From the IMG/VR virus record IMGVR_UViG_3300030037_000046, positions 1 through 31,441 of that record: a stretch of 31,441 nucleotides of DNA; one strand, written 5' to 3'. Below the pieces are notes generated by a model. It was not told where the DNA came from. It searched no databases and worked only from the letters and a program-made list of their open reading frames with translations. Numbering within the stretch: position 1 is the first letter of the stretch; the number at the start of each line of letters is the position of its first letter. The DNA is from a virus (Duplodnaviria > Caudoviricetes). Below are positions 27,359-31,441 of this stretch, piece by piece. The translations under genes and the position numbers were made by a program.

Positions 27359-27550
27359 GGCGCGCAAAATTATTTCAGAGATCAGGCAGGGTGGTGGCGG
27401 GGAAATTGTGCAATCTAAGAGTGATGTTGAGAGATATTCATTTGAAAGGGGCTGGCCTGGGTAACGGATTGCGGCCGTAAATACGTCGCTTTTGGGTACG
27501 CCCTCTGATGTGCCAGGGTGCCAATGGACTAGAGGGTGAACATGGGAGCA

Positions 27551-27572
27551 AAAAGTTGGTCAAAAGTTGGTC
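27551..27572 (+). repeat. Tandem AAAAGTTGGTC x2, putative integrase arm-type sites
   Basis: Exact 11-bp direct repeat about 105 bp inside the att core. Confidence 0.45.
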
Positions 27573-27678
27573 ACAAACGTGCTTCCTATTCCTGCTTTGT
27601 ACTCCTTTTAGGGTAAAAGTGGTTTTCAAAAACGGCAGGATTCCTGCGGTTTTTGGGTTCTCAAAATGTCCATAAGGA

Positions 27679-27725
27679 GGTTTGGGACCAGGGGGTCGTA
27701 AGTTCGAATCTTACTGCCCCGACCA
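27679..27725 (+). pseudogene. 3' fragment of tRNA-Pro(TGG), prophage attachment core (attR)
   Basis: Anticodon loop TTTGGGA, T-arm GTAAG-TTCGAAT-CTTAC, acceptor 3' strand TGCCCCG-A-CCA; no 5' CGGGGCA or D-arm upstream. Confidence 0.85.
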
Positions 27726-27838
27726 CTTTTTCTTCAAAACATCATATGTTGCACGGCTTCCTTTGGGAGCGCGTGCGTTTGCGCCATACTTCTACGCAGA
27801 GCGTCGACGGCGGTCTTTATATTGTTTTGAGAGAAAAT

Positions 27839-28522
27839 ATGTTTTTGCCATTGCATGATGATAATCCGATTGAGCACATAAAGTTTCCTTATGTGAATTA
27901 CGCCCTCATGGGGATTATGATTTTCATATTTGGTGTTCAATCGCTGTTGCCTGCGGATCAATTTAGAAGTGTGGTGATGGCTTTTGGCATGGTCCCGGGT
28001 ATTTTAGGGGGTGAGCTCAAGGACCCGCTTCCTTGGTTCCCCGATGGCATGAGTTTGTTCTCCTATGCTTTTTTGCACGCAAACTGGATGCATTTGTTGG
28101 GCAACATTCTGTTTCTCAGGATTTTTGGCGACAACATTGAAGATGCTTTGGGGCATAAGCTTTATTTGGTTTTCTATCTCCTATGTGCAGGCTTTGGTGG
28201 TATCGCGCACCTCCTCATGAACATCGGGTCTCCTGCCCCCTTGGTTGGGGCATCAGGCGCTGTTGCGGGCGTTATGGGCGCTTATGTTTTGCTCTACCCA
28301 CATGCACGGATCTTCTTACTCGCTCGGCTGGTCATTCTTATACCCGTGCCGCTTCCGGCATTTTGGATGTTGGGGATTTGGGCGGCGACGCAGTTTTTCT
28401 ATGCGTTTGCAGGCTCTGATGCACCGATCGCGTGGTGGGCCCATATTGGCGGCATGGCAGCAGGTATTGTTTTCGCCCTCATTTTTCGCAGGCCGGGTGT
28501 GGTTCTCTTTGGGGGCAAGTAG
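27839..28522 (+). CDS. Rhomboid family intramembrane serine protease
   Basis: FLHANWMHLLGN, FGDNIED, GASGA (Ser) and AHIGG (His); start MFLPLHDDNP. Confidence 0.95.
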   Translation: MFLPLHDDNPIEHIKFPYVNYALMGIMIFIFGVQSLLPADQFRSVVMAFGMVPGILGGELKDPLPWFPDGMSLFSYAFLHANWMHLLGNILFLRIFGDNIEDALGHKLYLVFYLLCAGFGGIAHLLMNIGSPAPLVGASGAVAGVMGAYVLLYPHARIFLLARLVILIPVPLPAFWMLGIWAATQFFYAFAGSDAPIAWWAHIGGMAAGIVFALIFRRPGVVLFGGK

Positions 28523-28618
28523 GGGTAGCCCGTTTTATAGCAGGGGAGGCTAAACCGCCATCTTGAGACTCTATGCTGAAATGTGCATGCTAGCGTCCTG
28601 TTTGATGAAGGGGGTGGC

Positions 28619-29761
28619 ATGGGCAATTGGTTTGTATCCACACTGGTGTGGCGTGTTTTGCGGAGGCTCTTCTACCTCGCCGTTTTGCTGGTGATGTGGG
28701 GAATGGCCTACCTTGTCATTTTTGATTTCTACTATAAATACTGGGGCAAATGGATCGTTGAAGATGTGTCCGACGGTCTGCGAAATGTGGGCTTTCTGAT
28801 TGCTGTTTTCCTTGCTCTTAGCTTTATGTGGTATCGCGTCAGCCGAGATTTTCGCGAGGAGCGCTTTTTCCGCGCCGTTGGGCAATTGGGCAACCCATTC
28901 GATACCATGAAGGTCAGCGCTGTTTACGACCTTGAAGCAATAGCTGAACAATATCCCAGACAATATTATGCCCGTGTGGTGAATTTGCTGTGCGACGCGG
29001 TGAAAAACTATTATCCCCACATTTCCTCTGATGAAGCCGATGCTCTTCGCAAAATCTCGGAAATTGGTGCGCCTGTAGATACTTTGGGTGAACGCCGAAA
29101 AGAGATGACGCAACAGTTTGTTGAGTGCGTGTTTGCTGCAATATCCAATCTGAGTAGACTGGCTAAAACTCAGGGCTGGAAGCACAAGCCACGGCTTGAA
29201 TTGAGTGGGAGGGAGTTCTCGGATGTTTCGATCTCCTACTTCAACATTGTAGGCAGAGGGTTTTCCGATGTGAGGTTTCGCAATGTCCGGTTTTCTCTTT
29301 GTCGTTTTTCCACCGAGTTTTCGGGGGAGGCTACATTTGAGAACTGTCACTTTGTTGACTGTACCTTTATGGATGCCGAATTCTATTTTGCGGACTTCTC
29401 GGGATCCAAGTTTGAGAAATGTGATATCAGCTTCAGTTGCTTTGCTACGTGCAACTTCAGTGACACGCATTTTTCTGATATTTTTATCGGCTTCTCTCCT
29501 GAATTCTTTGAGAGATGCGACATGACAGGTGCGCATTTTGAATTTGTGCCAAACACTTGGCGGGAGATTGCCACAAGAAAAGTTGATGACGGTCACCGAG
29601 TGCACTTTCTTCCTGGAGACTTTTTGGAGTGCTTTGTTACGGGAGATAAAGTTTTGCCGACGGGGGTTGATCAGTTTCCTTCGAAGATGAAAGTTGTGCC
29701 AACCGAGGTGGAGGGCGACACGCAGTCCTTCGATATGGTGCTGCTGGATGATGCAGATTGA
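28619..29761 (+). CDS. Pentapeptide-repeat-containing membrane protein
   Basis: Two TM segments, ERFFRAVGQLG helical domain, then (A/C/S)xFxx repeats (ATFEN CHFVD CTFMD AEFYF ADFSG SKFEK). Confidence 0.82.
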   Translation: MGNWFVSTLVWRVLRRLFYLAVLLVMWGMAYLVIFDFYYKYWGKWIVEDVSDGLRNVGFLIAVFLALSFMWYRVSRDFREERFFRAVGQLGNPFDTMKVSAVYDLEAIAEQYPRQYYARVVNLLCDAVKNYYPHISSDEADALRKISEIGAPVDTLGERRKEMTQQFVECVFAAISNLSRLAKTQGWKHKPRLELSGREFSDVSISYFNIVGRGFSDVRFRNVRFSLCRFSTEFSGEATFENCHFVDCTFMDAEFYFADFSGSKFEKCDISFSCFATCNFSDTHFSDIFIGFSPEFFERCDMTGAHFEFVPNTWREIATRKVDDGHRVHFLPGDFLECFVTGDKVLPTGVDQFPSKMKVVPTEVEGDTQSFDMVLLDDAD

Positions 29762-30145
29762 TCTTTCCATCCTCATGCACGCGTCACCTTGCTCGCCCGG
29801 CTGGACATTCTCATTTCCGCGCCTATTCGATGCAGCTAGATTGCAAGTAGGAAGAGCTAATAGAGGCACATATTATCCAAAACTAAACACTCGAAAAGTA
29901 CGCGGCAGTGTACATTTTTGTGCGTGCGATATCGCCTGCAAGTTGTCGTATTGAGTAGAATTTGGGGAACGCATGGACGATTAGCCCGCGGCTGTGCCTT
30001 TACCTGATGCCCAACATTAGGTAAGTCTTGGACTGAGGTTTCGGCCGCCCCTTTTAAGCTATGGCTTGGGATGGGTTGGGCGACAAAGAGCGGAATATTG
30101 CGCACTAGAATTTGTTTCTGGTTTTAAAATGGGGGCGTTACTTAC

Positions 30146-30949
30146 ATGGCAGGCACAATTCAGAAAATTGAGAGAGCGGTAAAGGTTCGGTCCCATAAGC
30201 TTTTGACCGCAAAATTTTCTGTCAAAAGAACTTTCTTTAGACCCGCAGATCGAATTCTCATTAATGCGATGCCAAAATCGGGTTCTACTTTCCTCAGCTC
30301 CGCGCTGGCCGACGTGACAGGGGCGATGAAATTCTTTCTGGGTAACGAACAAGCCAGTGAGCAGGATTTTTATTATCCAAAGATGATCGACACCTGGAAC
30401 ATGCGTTTGGTTGCCCACCAGCATGCGCGGCCCAGCCGAATTAATATTGAATGTTTAAACAGGTTTGAAATTAAACCTATCATTCAGGTCCGAAATATTT
30501 TTGATATTGTGGTGAGCACAAAAGACAATTTAGACAAGATGCGGCGTGATAATGTTTTTCCTAAAACGCCTGATTATCGATCTCTGCCAGAAGAGAAAAG
30601 ACTAGACGCCGTTATTGATCACCGGGTTGCTTGGCAACTACAGTTTTATGATGGGTGGATGCGTGCGGATATCGAAAAGTGCGTTATTTCTTATGAAGAT
30701 ATGATTGCTGATTATTCTGGTACAATTGCCAAGGCCCTTGAGTTCTATAACCTCGACGTACCACAGGATAAAATTATTGACGTGGTTGACCGTTTGAACG
30801 CGGGCAAAAATACAGATGCTGAGAAAACGCGCTTCAACAAAGGCGAAGCCGGGCGCGGAGCCGAGATACTTTCCGATGAACAAAAGGATCGCATTCGACG
30901 GATGGCGTCCTATTTTACGAGTGTTGATATGTCGCCGTTGGGCCTTTGA
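30146..30949 (+). CDS. Sulfotransferase-domain protein
   Basis: MPKSGSTFL 5'-PSB loop, RNIFDIVVS 3'-PB motif, ISYED, RFNKG. Confidence 0.88.
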   Translation: MAGTIQKIERAVKVRSHKLLTAKFSVKRTFFRPADRILINAMPKSGSTFLSSALADVTGAMKFFLGNEQASEQDFYYPKMIDTWNMRLVAHQHARPSRINIECLNRFEIKPIIQVRNIFDIVVSTKDNLDKMRRDNVFPKTPDYRSLPEEKRLDAVIDHRVAWQLQFYDGWMRADIEKCVISYEDMIADYSGTIAKALEFYNLDVPQDKIIDVVDRLNAGKNTDAEKTRFNKGEAGRGAEILSDEQKDRIRRMASYFTSVDMSPLGL

Positions 30950-31000
30950 AGGGGCGTCATATCGGGGGCTGAGCGCGCGCTGGCGTAATTGTGTTGTGTC

Positions 31001-31441
31001 TTAAAAGTTGCCGTAGTCGCATTGAAGGCAGGTGATGCCTCGGCGGCGCCACATGTTGACCACTTGATTTCGGTCATCAACGGCGAATTCAATTTCAGCG
31101 CCTTGGGCGAGAAGCTTATCCAAAATTTCTTCCTTGATGATGTGGTCTGCGCGGGAGTCGTTGTCGGGGCGCATGTAGATTTTGGAGAAGGGGATCTTAT
31201 GCCACGTGAGCCATTGCTCTGTGACTTTGCGAAATTGTTCATTCCTTCCGGTCACTAGAACCAGCTTGAAGTTTTGGGACGCCCACAGTGTTTTATATAG
31301 GCTGACGACAGCTTCGTTCGGCGTGTCATCGCCCATCAACGCGTTAAAGCGCGCCCAGTTGGGTTTTGGCTTTTTTAGGTGCGCGCGTCTGTGCTGGATA
31401 TCGGCGAGGGTGCCATCGATATCAAATAGAACCATTTTCAT
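31001..31441 (-). CDS. HAD-family phosphatase resembling the polynucleotide kinase 3'-phosphatase domain
   Basis: FDIDGTLA, VTGR, YMR...D...K, DDRNQVVNMWRRRG motifs. Confidence 0.85.
   Translation of the reverse strand: MKMVLFDIDGTLADIQHRRAHLKKPKPNWARFNALMGDDTPNEAVVSLYKTLWASQNFKLVLVTGRNEQFRKVTEQWLTWHKIPFSKIYMRPDNDSRADHIIKEEILDKLLAQGAEIEFAVDDRNQVVNMWRRRGITCLQCDYGNF

Larger units (their letters stand above)
1..27725. mobile_element. P2-like prophage (right part; left end outside window), integrated at tRNA-Pro
   Basis: Complete P2-order head/tail gene set, ogr, cos-like 19-mer and a 3' tRNA fragment at the right boundary followed by host-type genes. Confidence 0.95.

Noticed and set aside
26954-27418. 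154-aa ORF with VT/LP repeats
   Set aside because: Translation of the iteron array; low-complexity artefact
27650-27725. Complete tRNA-Pro gene
   Set aside because: No 5' acceptor strand or D-arm; only the 3' half is present
27653-27838. N-terminal extension of the rhomboid ORF in the track
   Set aside because: Runs through the tRNA fragment/att; the family-typical start is ATG 27839
28571-29869. 432-aa minus-strand ORF
   Set aside because: Antisense shadow of the pentapeptide-repeat gene; no recognisable motifs
29762-30145. Possible ncRNA in the 380-bp intergenic region
   Set aside because: No recognisable RNA family motif or convincing terminator by eye; an Rfam search would be needed

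Overview
About 27.7 kb of this window is the right-hand part of an apparently intact P2-like (Peduoviridae-type, phiCTX-like gene order) prophage. The host is probably an alphaproteobacterium; this is an inference. Left to right: ogr late activator, a divergent cro/cI-like switch, an accessory block (two membrane proteins, a small antisense ORF, a DUF4238 protein), the full contractile-tail, baseplate, lysis and head module on the minus strand (D-U-T-E'/E-FII-FI-fibre-I-J-W-PAAR-V-endolysin-S-R-holins-X-L-M-N-O), terminase P and portal Q on the plus strand, an AT-rich three-gene operon ending in a PD-(D/E)xK nuclease, a P2-type cos, a palindromic iteron array (probable origin), and a 3' tRNA-Pro(TGG) fragment marking the attachment site. 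Integrase and replicase should lie left of the window. Host genes follow: rhomboid protease, pentapeptide-repeat membrane protein, sulfotransferase and HAD phosphatase. The best candidates for new biology are the three-gene nuclease operon (likely anti-phage), a leaderless antisense 54-aa membrane moron missed by the ORF track, a repeated 26-bp late-promoter dyad, a PAAR-capped spike and a split lysis module with no visible spanin. All family calls are from motif recognition and synteny; no database searches were run.
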